DNA from: an uncultured virus (IMG/VR IMGVR_UViG_3300022555_000014)
Lineage: Duplodnaviria > Heunggongvirae > Uroviricota > Caudoviricetes
DNA: 64,000 nt
Virus record (IMG/VR): IMGVR_UViG_3300022555_000014
Reading direction: 5' to 3' (one strand)
Made by a program: the position numbers and the translations under genes. The notes under the pieces were generated by a model, which worked only from the letters and a program-made list of their open reading frames with translations, was not told where the DNA came from and searched no databases. This document shows positions 39,958 to 49,020 of the stretch, piece by piece. Each line of letters begins with the position of its first letter. Positions within the stretch are counted from its first letter, which is position 1.

Positions 39958-42054
39958 ATGCGTACAATTGCACGTTTAAAGTCGGTTAAACGTAAAGCTT
40001 CAGGTTTGAAGAACCGCAAGGTCAAAGTTAATTCGGTAAAAGAAGATAAGTCACTGTTAGCTGGTAGTAACTTCAAAGTTTCAGTATGTGATGAAACATT
40101 TGTCGAGCCTTCTCTTGAAGAAATTCTCCAAAGCGGATTAAAGGGTACACTTTTAGTAGAAGAGTTGCAAAAGTACAATAAGTCTGGGTTTCTTGGTGTT
40201 TCAAAATGCCTTGCTATTCCAGATTCTGTAGTACCTAAAGAGTACGACGCTATAAAGTTAGTGTTTACTGGAGTTATTGAAGTTTTCCCTGAAGTAGGGT
40301 TAATGTTTAAAAATTTCGTACATGGAAAACGTCAGGAAATAGGGCGCTCTATAAACAGGGGAGGTTATAAAACTTTTGCTAATGTTGGCAGAGACGGAAA
40401 GAAGACTATTGTGGTAAGTAGGATCATTAAACAAGTTGTGGACGGACCAGTTCCTGAGATAATGATAGTTCACCATAAGGATCATATTAAAACTAATAAT
40501 TCTATTGATAATTTAGCATTTTCTACTCAGTCAGCACACATACAAGAATCCTCTGATCGTCCAGAAGTAAAGGACGCTCTTTCAAAAGGTAGAAAGGGTA
40601 TTAAGCACAGTAATAGGGCGTTCACCGACACAGAGGCTGATGAAATTAGGCGAATGCATTACGAAGGTGGTTTTACTGGTGCTGATATAGCAATTATTAA
40701 AAATGTCCATTCTTCCACTATATGTAATATTATTAGGAACGATGATCATTACATTACACCAAAGGATTCTAGAAAACCGCCTAAACGGACACCTTCTCCA
40801 GTAACCAAGATAGCAGACTTAAAAGGAACTCCTGAGCAAGTAGCTAGAGATTCTTGGTGGTTACAGCAGGTAAGGGCTGATAACGCAAGGGTACCTAAAG
40901 AAGGTGGTGGTATTTATAATGTAAAAACAAAAAATTGGTTACAAGGAGGAGTATCTAAAGGTTATAGGTACATATCTTTAATTAACGATAAAGGTGAGTT
41001 TATAGCTATAGCTGAACATAGACTAGTTCATCTAGTATGGATTGGCCCTATAGGTGAAAAAGAGGTGATAGACCATAAAGATTTAAACACCTTAAATAAC
41101 CACATAGATAACATACGAGCGGTTACCCGTTCTGATAATACACAACTAGCCTATGATACAGGTTGTTATGATAAGGAACAGAAAGCCTTCTCTGGTAGGG
41201 GAGAAAAGTGCTATGCTAGTAAGTTAACTGAAGAGAAGGTAATTGAAATAAAAGTACTACTAGCTCAAGGAGAAACTCATAGGAAAATTGCTAAACAGTA
41301 CGGAGTTAGCATCTCAACCATTGGCTACATAGCTTCTGGTAAGCTTTGGCCTGACGTAGGAACTAAACCTTCTAATCTATGTTCTAATTGTGATCATGTC
41401 AACGAACATGTAACTATTCAAGACAGGTTCTGGACGTGTACTAGTTGTGGAATAAATCACGAGCGCGCTGAAAACAATCGTAAAAACACTGCCCGTTTTC
41501 CTATTATTATGTCTAAACCGTACTGCAAGTTAACCGAAGATAAAGTTATTTTAATGCGGTTTTTATACGCAACAACTAATCCAAATTATTCTTCTCTAGG
41601 TAGGCAGTTTAATGTTAAATGCATGACAGCAAAACGTGCTATTGATGGAGTCACTTGGTCAGAAGTTGGCAAAGTATCATCGGACGTTTGTTCAGTCTGT
41701 GGTACCAAGAACAACCTGTGCCACTATGCTAACAAAGTTGAGTTCATGTGTTCTTGCTGTCACACCCACCACATCAAAACTGACAATAACGCTAAAAACT
41801 ACCAGCAGTACGATGAGTACAAAGCTGCTAAGGGTAGACTAATAGCTCCTGATGAGTATCTACTACTGATCCAAACTGACTACACCGCTAAGCAACAACC
41901 TGCCCTTCCCAAACCCACCCAAGCCAAACAGTACCGTCAACCAAAAGGCGGAAAGGTCAAAGGGATTAAACGTCCAACATCCCAAACCTTGACTCAACTG
42001 TTCCAGTTGTCTAAAAAGTCTAAGTCACCCCAGGACGAAGTATCTAACACATAA
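39958..42054 (+). CDS. Double-HNH endonuclease with three HTH domains and two Zn ribbons
   Basis: VHHKDHIKTNNSIDNL and IDHKDLNTLNNHIDNI HNH motifs, 'KLTEEKVIEIK...IAKQYGVS' HTH, and CSNCDH...WTCTSCG and CSVCG...CSCC ribbons. Confidence 0.87.
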   Translation: MRTIARLKSVKRKASGLKNRKVKVNSVKEDKSLLAGSNFKVSVCDETFVEPSLEEILQSGLKGTLLVEELQKYNKSGFLGVSKCLAIPDSVVPKEYDAIKLVFTGVIEVFPEVGLMFKNFVHGKRQEIGRSINRGGYKTFANVGRDGKKTIVVSRIIKQVVDGPVPEIMIVHHKDHIKTNNSIDNLAFSTQSAHIQESSDRPEVKDALSKGRKGIKHSNRAFTDTEADEIRRMHYEGGFTGADIAIIKNVHSSTICNIIRNDDHYITPKDSRKPPKRTPSPVTKIADLKGTPEQVARDSWWLQQVRADNARVPKEGGGIYNVKTKNWLQGGVSKGYRYISLINDKGEFIAIAEHRLVHLVWIGPIGEKEVIDHKDLNTLNNHIDNIRAVTRSDNTQLAYDTGCYDKEQKAFSGRGEKCYASKLTEEKVIEIKVLLAQGETHRKIAKQYGVSISTIGYIASGKLWPDVGTKPSNLCSNCDHVNEHVTIQDRFWTCTSCGINHERAENNRKNTARFPIIMSKPYCKLTEDKVILMRFLYATTNPNYSSLGRQFNVKCMTAKRAIDGVTWSEVGKVSSDVCSVCGTKNNLCHYANKVEFMCSCCHTHHIKTDNNAKNYQQYDEYKAAKGRLIAPDEYLLLIQTDYTAKQQPALPKPTQAKQYRQPKGGKVKGIKRPTSQTLTQLFQLSKKSKSPQDEVSNT

Positions 42055-42109
42055 CCACCTCGCCCACTAGTCCACTAGTCCAGAAGTCCTTGGACTAACC
42101 TGCCCTATA

Positions 42110-42149
42110 AGAAAATCCTTGGTGCTGTTATTTAGCACCAAGGATTTTT
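42110..42149 (+). terminator. Intrinsic terminator
   Basis: GAAAATCCTTGGTGCT-GTTATTT-AGCACCAAGGATTTTT. Confidence 0.88.
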
Positions 42150-42208
42150 CTGGTAAATTTCGTAACTGTACAAACTCCACAACTACCTTGGACTAAAAGG
42201 AATCAACT

Positions 42209-43099
42209 GTGAACCGTAAAGAAACTGAGAACCAAAGCAAACTTATCCATGCTCAATCTAAGGAGTTAACTGGGACTCCCAAGAAAGCTAGAGAGTTTTT
42301 CGTTAAAGACGGCGGCGTACACCCAAATTACGTTGAAGCTGATAGACTACAAGAGGGACGTAATAAACTTCCGTTCTATACCTACGCAGCACAGCAACCG
42401 GCTGAACAAACCGCTTATTTTGAATCTATAGAACCTGAAAAATTAGCAGAAACGGATCAACAACCTAAAGAGACTAAACCGCCAATTGAGTACACAACTA
42501 CTAAATTATTCAAGCAGATAAAGTACCACCGACACCAAAAGTCTAAAGTACAAAGGTTCCACCTCTCTACTTTCACAGGTTCTATCTTCACTGTTGTCTT
42601 CTTACCAACGTTACCAGTAACCAAAGCCTTTTACGATTCTCGGAGTAAAACTCTTTTTATCTCAGGTAACCCCACCTTACTCGCTAGCAAGACTTACCTT
42701 GAAACACACTTTATAGATTTCCTGTTCTTTGAATTACAACATACTGACTTCCTATCCGTATCTAAGTCAATCCACCAACTGGAATCCAAGTACCTTGTGG
42801 AAACCTCTAGGTTAAGTCACTATAAGTTCTCTTACGAACAAATTACTAGTCTTCTACCTACCACTAGATTTACAGATTCTGTGTTAACCGAACTACTTTT
42901 AACTCATTATCCAGTTGAAGGTCCTTACCTATTAGACTTCAATAGTGTTTTACACAACGTACTTAGCAATACAGACCTAACCGTATCTCCTACTTGGCAA
43001 ACAGTTAAAGGTAAATTTCCTAATATTGATGAAGTAGCAACCTTACTGATCTACGCTATTCACAAAATTATAGATTCTATTTTATCTCCTGACTATTAA
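42209..43099 (+). CDS. Hypothetical protein, apparent degenerate paralog of 43127..43972
   Basis: AAGGA RBS plus GTG. Colinear motifs YDSRSKTLFI / FFELQH / EQIT / SPTWQ. Confidence 0.6.
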   Translation: MNRKETENQSKLIHAQSKELTGTPKKAREFFVKDGGVHPNYVEADRLQEGRNKLPFYTYAAQQPAEQTAYFESIEPEKLAETDQQPKETKPPIEYTTTKLFKQIKYHRHQKSKVQRFHLSTFTGSIFTVVFLPTLPVTKAFYDSRSKTLFISGNPTLLASKTYLETHFIDFLFFELQHTDFLSVSKSIHQLESKYLVETSRLSHYKFSYEQITSLLPTTRFTDSVLTELLLTHYPVEGPYLLDFNSVLHNVLSNTDLTVSPTWQTVKGKFPNIDEVATLLIYAIHKIIDSILSPDY

Positions 43100-43126
43100 C
43101 AAACAGTTTAAAAGGTAAAATTAACA

Positions 43127-43972
43127 ATGACAAACCTATCCGAAGTCCTATCTAACATTGACGCTTACTTAAAAACATACGCAGTCACAGCAATAAAAGT
43201 TAACACTGACGACTTGTTATTTGTTAACATTACTTTTGCTGAAATCGAACATGACTGGCCTCATGCTAACTACACAGACAACAATCCTAGAGTCTATCCT
43301 AAAGACGAGAACCAGGCGTTACAAGTAGCTTTAGTAGCAAATATTCATTCTAAAGAGATTGCTAGTGGTGTGTACAACAGTAAGAATAAGGCGATTTTAA
43401 TAACTTACCTTCCTAGCAAGTCGTGGGTTGATATAAAAGACCGCTTGTACGGTGTCTTATGTCACGAATACATGCATTATCTTCAAGACCTTTCCAATTC
43501 TAACATAGCCAAGGCTAGAGAAGCCTTAACTGCTGTAGACGAGAGGCTTGATAACTTTGAAGAATCTGAACGACTCAAAGCTACAAACGTTAAAGAGCTT
43601 CGTAAGCGTAAACGTCTAGCCAAGTCTGAATTGTGGCGAATATACTACTTCAACACTCTAGAGAAGTGTGCTCATGCTGGTCAAATAACGTTTGAGTTAG
43701 TTTATAAAGCGTTAAACACGGATGAGATGTTTCGTCCTCGTTCAATCAAAGAAGCTTGTCGTAGACTCCTACTACCTACTACCGATTTCAATAAAATGGT
43801 GGAAAAGTCTGATGTCTGGCAAATGATTGCCGAACGAATCCCACCGTCTTTAAAAACGGCTTACCTGTCCTTGATAATTAAAGAGAGTCGGCACCTACTT
43901 TCGTTTGTAATTAGCACTGAATCTAACGATCCTGCCAAAGTACCTGTTTCGGAAATTACACCTAAAACTTAA
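43127..43972 (+). CDS. Putative zincin-like metallopeptidase (HExxH)
   Basis: 'GVYNSKNKAILI...LCHEYMHYLQ...YYFNTLEKCAH' gives HExxH plus a downstream Glu. Confidence 0.6.
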   Translation: MTNLSEVLSNIDAYLKTYAVTAIKVNTDDLLFVNITFAEIEHDWPHANYTDNNPRVYPKDENQALQVALVANIHSKEIASGVYNSKNKAILITYLPSKSWVDIKDRLYGVLCHEYMHYLQDLSNSNIAKAREALTAVDERLDNFEESERLKATNVKELRKRKRLAKSELWRIYYFNTLEKCAHAGQITFELVYKALNTDEMFRPRSIKEACRRLLLPTTDFNKMVEKSDVWQMIAERIPPSLKTAYLSLIIKESRHLLSFVISTESNDPAKVPVSEITPKT

Positions 43973-44112
43973 TTTTAACTAAGGGGTCCAGCCTGTCACC
44001 TCGCTACCAAGTACAGGCCAAATATTCCAAAACGTGTGCTTAGCGCACCAACAAGCCGTTGATTCCGTTGTATTAGGACTCGAACGGGCTTTTCAAAAAG
44101 GATAACAAAACT

Positions 44113-45591
44113 ATGCTACAGATTAAGCAAATTAGTGGGTTGACTGGACAATTAGCCTCTAAAGCTCCCCTAGCTTCGCCAAGTTTTTCAGGGGTACCAC
44201 AAGCTCCGACTCCAACTAGCACGGATAGCTCTAACACAATCTGTACTACAGCTTTCGTACATAATTTAAATTACGCCACTGATTCATCGGTTGTCCACCT
44301 TGCCGGGTCAGAAACGATTTCGGGTGCCAAAGTTTTTTCTGTGAGTCCTAGCGTCCCAACCCTCACAGCTACCGACAATTCAACTTCGGCGGCTTCAACG
44401 GCTTTTGTCCATGCCTTAGCCAGTTCCTCTAACCCAGTAATGAACGGTACAGCAAGTCCCGGTTCCTCTGTATATTTCTCAAGGGGGGATCACGTTCACG
44501 GCTATGACACGAGTCGTGCTCCAATTGTTTCTCCATCCTTCACAGGAAACCCCACAGCACCGACTGTGACTTATACAGATAACTCAATGTCATTGGCAAC
44601 AACTGCCTTCGTGCAAAGCCAGTACCAGTTGGTTGCTAGTGTTTACGCTCCTATAAATAGTCCGAATTTCACCGGTACTCCTACCGCACCAACACCAACT
44701 TCCACTGACAATTCAACTAAGCTGGCTACGACTCAGTTTATTAAAAATTTAGGCTACTTAACAGGTAACCAAAATATTACATTAACAGGTGACGCTTCAG
44801 GTTCAGGTACTACTAGTATTGCCGTTACCTTACCCACTGTTAACGCTACAACCACGGAGGTTGGCTCCAGTTCGGTTGTTCCGATTATCACTGCTAACGC
44901 TAAAGGTTTAGTTACCTCTATCTCCAGTGCTACAATTACCCCGGCTGCCATAGGCGCCGCTCCGCTTAATAGCCCTAATTTAACAGGTAACCCAACAGCA
45001 CCTACTGACGCAGCAACCGACAACTCAACATCAATTGCTACAACGGCGTGGGTTCGTTTAGCGATACAAGGCACCCAAACCCTCTGGGTGCCGTCAGCAG
45101 CTATGATACCTCGAAAGGGCAACGGTTGCTCGTCTTTGATCAAAACTGAAATATCGGCTGCACAGCCTAACATCAATTCTTTAAACTTTGACCCAACGAC
45201 TCAACAATACTGTCAGTTTAGTGTTGCTTTCCCTAAGTCTTGGGACAACGGGACTATCCAGTACGAGATTTTTTGGTGCCACCCGGCTACAACTACTAAT
45301 TTTGGTGTGGTTTTTGGTCTTTCAGGGGTAGCTATATCTCCAGCACAGTTAATTGGTACAGCGTTTGGTACTGAAGTTGATACTACCTCTACTGGTGGGA
45401 CCACATACCAGATGTACACAACTGGTGTTTCAGCCGCTCTTACTATAGGCAGCAGTCCTGCCAACGGTGATGTCTGTTGGTTCCAACTTACGAGGGTTTC
45501 GGCTAACGCATCTGACACTCTGGCTGTTAACGCCATGCTGCTAGGATGTAAGCTATATTACAAAACTAATGCTTTGAACGACGGGAGTTAA
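44113..45591 (+). CDS. Tail fibre protein
   Basis: The N-terminus 'MLQIKQI' is paralogous to 37565. Fibre repeats and a distinct C-terminal domain 'TLWVPSAAM...FDPTTQQYCQFSVAFPKSWDNGTI'. Confidence 0.85.
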   Translation: MLQIKQISGLTGQLASKAPLASPSFSGVPQAPTPTSTDSSNTICTTAFVHNLNYATDSSVVHLAGSETISGAKVFSVSPSVPTLTATDNSTSAASTAFVHALASSSNPVMNGTASPGSSVYFSRGDHVHGYDTSRAPIVSPSFTGNPTAPTVTYTDNSMSLATTAFVQSQYQLVASVYAPINSPNFTGTPTAPTPTSTDNSTKLATTQFIKNLGYLTGNQNITLTGDASGSGTTSIAVTLPTVNATTTEVGSSSVVPIITANAKGLVTSISSATITPAAIGAAPLNSPNLTGNPTAPTDAATDNSTSIATTAWVRLAIQGTQTLWVPSAAMIPRKGNGCSSLIKTEISAAQPNINSLNFDPTTQQYCQFSVAFPKSWDNGTIQYEIFWCHPATTTNFGVVFGLSGVAISPAQLIGTAFGTEVDTTSTGGTTYQMYTTGVSAALTIGSSPANGDVCWFQLTRVSANASDTLAVNAMLLGCKLYYKTNALNDGS

Positions 45592-45689
45592 TAGCAGTTA
45601 AGTCATTTTGACGGGTGACTTGTATTAAAAATCACCAGTTTAACCTAACAAGAAAATAGCCTTTCTAAGAAACACAAAAGGAGGCTACA

Positions 45690-46808
45690 GTGCTGTCGGT
45701 CAGTCAATTCAGTGGGTTCAACGCTTTCTCTAATAGTAGTCCACAAGGTAACAGTAGTCCAGGAACACTTTGGGGTTGGGGCGCAAATAACGGTACGTTA
45801 GGTATGGGTAACAAAACCGCTATTATAAGCTCCCCAACCCAAATCGGCACTTCCAGTAGCTGGGTAGGTGCAGCGTGTGGATCGACTCACCTTCTTGCCT
45901 GGGATATATCTGGTAATCTATACGCCAGTGGTACTAACAACGGGTGCTTTGGTAACGGTACAACAACTTCAGTTTCTAGTTTAACTCAAGTTACAAGTAA
46001 CGTGGTTATGGCTGCGGCGGGTGACGGTTTCAGCGTCATCCTGAAGACAAACGGCACTATAATGGTAACCGGCGCTAATTCGTCATATCAGATGGGTAAC
46101 GGGGCAAATAACACCTTATCCGTGTGGACTCAGCTAGGTTCAGCGTCCAATTGGAACTTTATTTCCGCCGGGTCACAACACATACTAGCAATTAACAACC
46201 TTTCACAACTTTGGGTAGTTGGCGGTGGAACTCACGGGCAAAGTTCTTTAGGAACAACAACAAATCAATCTGTTATTACCCAAGTGGATGGTGGTACTTC
46301 GTGGCTTACAGGTGACGCAAATGCTGATGTTAACTTCTTCCTAAGAAATGACGGTGTAGGGTTTGCTTGTGGCGACAACGCTAATTATGAATTAGCCACT
46401 GGTAATAATACTAATCAGTCATCTATGGTTCAAATAGCTTTTTCAAACCCTGTTGCTCAGTTAGAAGCGGGTTACAATTTTAACTCCTACATGTTAGACC
46501 GTGCAGGTTTCATATATTCTTGTGGTAATGCTCAATACGGGGCTACAGGTCAAGGAAATACTGCAAACTTGTCCGTTTTCACGCAAATTGGCTCAAATAG
46601 TAATTGGGTTCAGATAGACGCTGGTAATGGTGCTGGTTACTTCCTAAGAAACGACGGACTTCTATTTTGTGTAGGTAACAACTCAACGCAAATGCTAGGA
46701 CTAGCTTCTGCTACTGCTAGCTTCTCCACGGTACAACAAGTTCCAGGTTCTAATTTTATACAGATAAATTCTTACAATAACTTCTGTGCTGCCATAAAAT
46801 CTACTTAA
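45690..46808 (+). CDS. RCC1-repeat beta-propeller protein
   Basis: Repeats 'LWGWGANNGTLGMG...SSPTQIG...W...AG..H.LA...G.L...G.N...LG.G'. Confidence 0.88.
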   Translation: MLSVSQFSGFNAFSNSSPQGNSSPGTLWGWGANNGTLGMGNKTAIISSPTQIGTSSSWVGAACGSTHLLAWDISGNLYASGTNNGCFGNGTTTSVSSLTQVTSNVVMAAAGDGFSVILKTNGTIMVTGANSSYQMGNGANNTLSVWTQLGSASNWNFISAGSQHILAINNLSQLWVVGGGTHGQSSLGTTTNQSVITQVDGGTSWLTGDANADVNFFLRNDGVGFACGDNANYELATGNNTNQSSMVQIAFSNPVAQLEAGYNFNSYMLDRAGFIYSCGNAQYGATGQGNTANLSVFTQIGSNSNWVQIDAGNGAGYFLRNDGLLFCVGNNSTQMLGLASATASFSTVQQVPGSNFIQINSYNNFCAAIKST

Positions 46809-46822
46809 AGGTAATAACAAAA

Positions 46823-47956
46823 ATGTCTACTACACTCCCAACCCCACCGACTATTACCAAAATACCAACAGCCCCTTTATACAAAATGCTCCCTAACCAA
46901 GAGGATTCTTGTACCTACCTTAAATTTGATCCAAAGGCACCTGTTCAGTCTCTAACACAAGAAGAGTATACTACTCTTCACCCATTAGACAAATCTCTGT
47001 ATTCTGCTCTAAACGGAGACTTTGATATGTCTTTTGAGATTCTAAAGTCTATGCCTGATAACGACTTACGTGTTACCTTTAACCTAGGGCTTCACTATCT
47101 TCAGCGTAATCAGTTCCAAAAAGGTTTTGAACACTTGGACGCTGGACGTTACTTAGGTGTTTTCGGCTCACCGACACCCTTACAAAACGGAATTCATATT
47201 TGGCAACCTTCTGATCCACTACAAGGTAAAACTTTATTATTCAAGTGTGAGTGTGGCTTTGGTGACCAAATTATAAACGTTAGGTTTGCTAAGTTCTTTA
47301 AAGACCAAGGGGCCGACGTAATCATTGCTTGTGACAAAGCTTTGTTCAACTTGTTTAAAAAGTCTTTTCCCTGGGTGTCAGCCTTAGTTGCTGAAGAAGG
47401 GGCTCAATACGTCTTTGCTGACTACTGGCTTCCTGCTATGTCAGCGCCTAGACTATGTTGTAAAGATTTCTCTGACCTACCTGGACAACCCTACATTAAC
47501 CTTTATACTAGTAAACCTAAAAAGTCCAGAACCTTGAAGGTAGGTCTCCGGTGGTTAGGGAATCAACTATACGAACATTCTCAACATCGCCTCTTTCCCT
47601 CTGACCTAATGCTCTCACTCCAAGATATAGACAACTGTGACTTTTACTCACTCCAAAAAGACAATGACACCTCTGACTTACCACGTCTGTCCATGGACAC
47701 CTGGGAAGAAACTGCCAAATCTATTTCCAAACTGGATTTAGTTATCTCATCTTGTACCTCAATTCTACACCTATCCGCTGCCATGGGAATTGAGACTTGG
47801 GGTGTAATCCCGGTATTGCCGTATTACTGTTGGGCTCTACCTGGCCCTAAATCACCCTGGTACGACTCTCTAACCCTGTACCGTCAAGTTAAATACGGTG
47901 ACTGGTCTGCACCGTTTGACCAAGTTCGCCGTGACCTACTGGCTAAAACGAGCTAA
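46823..47956 (+). CDS. TPR-associated GT-B glycosyltransferase (GT9-like)
   Basis: 'GKTLLFKCECGFGDQIINVRF', 'KVGLRWLGN', 'FYSLQK', 'LDLVISSCTSILHLSAAMG', 'SPWYDSLTLYRQ...GDW'. Confidence 0.82.
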   Translation: MSTTLPTPPTITKIPTAPLYKMLPNQEDSCTYLKFDPKAPVQSLTQEEYTTLHPLDKSLYSALNGDFDMSFEILKSMPDNDLRVTFNLGLHYLQRNQFQKGFEHLDAGRYLGVFGSPTPLQNGIHIWQPSDPLQGKTLLFKCECGFGDQIINVRFAKFFKDQGADVIIACDKALFNLFKKSFPWVSALVAEEGAQYVFADYWLPAMSAPRLCCKDFSDLPGQPYINLYTSKPKKSRTLKVGLRWLGNQLYEHSQHRLFPSDLMLSLQDIDNCDFYSLQKDNDTSDLPRLSMDTWEETAKSISKLDLVISSCTSILHLSAAMGIETWGVIPVLPYYCWALPGPKSPWYDSLTLYRQVKYGDWSAPFDQVRRDLLAKTS

Positions 47957-48031
47957 CACCCCACGTCAACAGCTCAACCTTAATAACAAAAAAGGAGTAA
48001 CCTTCTCAAACCGCGAAAGGTTAAAATTGCC

Positions 48032-48442
48032 ATGACCAAAGTGTATTTGTACAATTTGGGAATGTCTGAGGTGGATTCTCAGCACCATCAGCTAGAGGAT
48101 AAGGTTGCTGATCTTGAAATTCTTTTAGAAAATGATTCAGATAATCTAATTTTAAGAGAAGCTTGGGATAAACTTGCTGACTTAACTATAAACCATTTTT
48201 CCTACGAAGAGCAACTAATGGCTCAGTTTGACTACCCGGCCCAAGAACAAGAGGCTCATATCAAAGAGCACAATGACCTACTCTCTAACCTAAATGTCTT
48301 GCTGAAACAGTGGCAGCATCTTGATAATCACAATAAGCACTCTAAAATTTACAGTAACATCCTAAACTTGTGGCTTCACAACCACATTCTAAAACAAGAC
48401 ACCGCGCTAGTCGTACACCTTAACCGTAAAGGTCAATACTAA
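48032..48442 (+). CDS. Bacteriohemerythrin
   Basis: G..EVDSQH, HFSYEEQLM...YP, H...H, WLHNHILKQD: the full di-iron ligand set. Confidence 0.92.
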   Translation: MTKVYLYNLGMSEVDSQHHQLEDKVADLEILLENDSDNLILREAWDKLADLTINHFSYEEQLMAQFDYPAQEQEAHIKEHNDLLSNLNVLLKQWQHLDNHNKHSKIYSNILNLWLHNHILKQDTALVVHLNRKGQY

Positions 48443-48541
48443 CGCCTTTTGCTTCACAAAAATTAACATCTTTTGCTTCCCAAGAGATCAACACTCAACA
48501 AAAAAGAAAGGTGGTTTTAACCCATAGCAAGGATCGTACCC

Positions 48542-48967
48542 ATGCTGACAATGTATGACGCCATAACGACATTACCGTTATTAGGACAATCAGAGATTGA
48601 TATTCAACATCAACAACTAGAAGCACAAATTCTGTTTTTAGAAGAATTGTTAGTAACCACTAGAACTATTGATCACGATTGTGTTAGGGATTCCTGGCGC
48701 TTACTATCAGAACTAACACGTACACACTTTAAGTTTGAAGAAGCTTTAATGGTTAAGCACAACTACCCTGGCTACGCAATTCATGTAAATCAGCACGCAG
48801 GGTTACGACAAGACTTGGCAATCTTCATGACTAGCTGGTTTTACTCCTTGCGGGATTTAGACTTTGACTTATCTAAAATACACGTGTCTATATTAAAACA
48901 TTGGTTGTATGACCACATTGATAAATCTGATCGCCTATTAACTACCTTTCTGACTAGCCTACCTTAA
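48542..48967 (+). CDS. Bacteriohemerythrin
   Basis: GQSEIDIQH, HFKFEEALM...YP, HVNQH, WLYDHIDKSD. Confidence 0.92.
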   Translation: MLTMYDAITTLPLLGQSEIDIQHQQLEAQILFLEELLVTTRTIDHDCVRDSWRLLSELTRTHFKFEEALMVKHNYPGYAIHVNQHAGLRQDLAIFMTSWFYSLRDLDFDLSKIHVSILKHWLYDHIDKSDRLLTTFLTSLP

Positions 48968-49020
48968 CACCAGCTAAACAAACACTACAAGCCCTACAAA
49001 CAATATAGGAGTAAATAACA

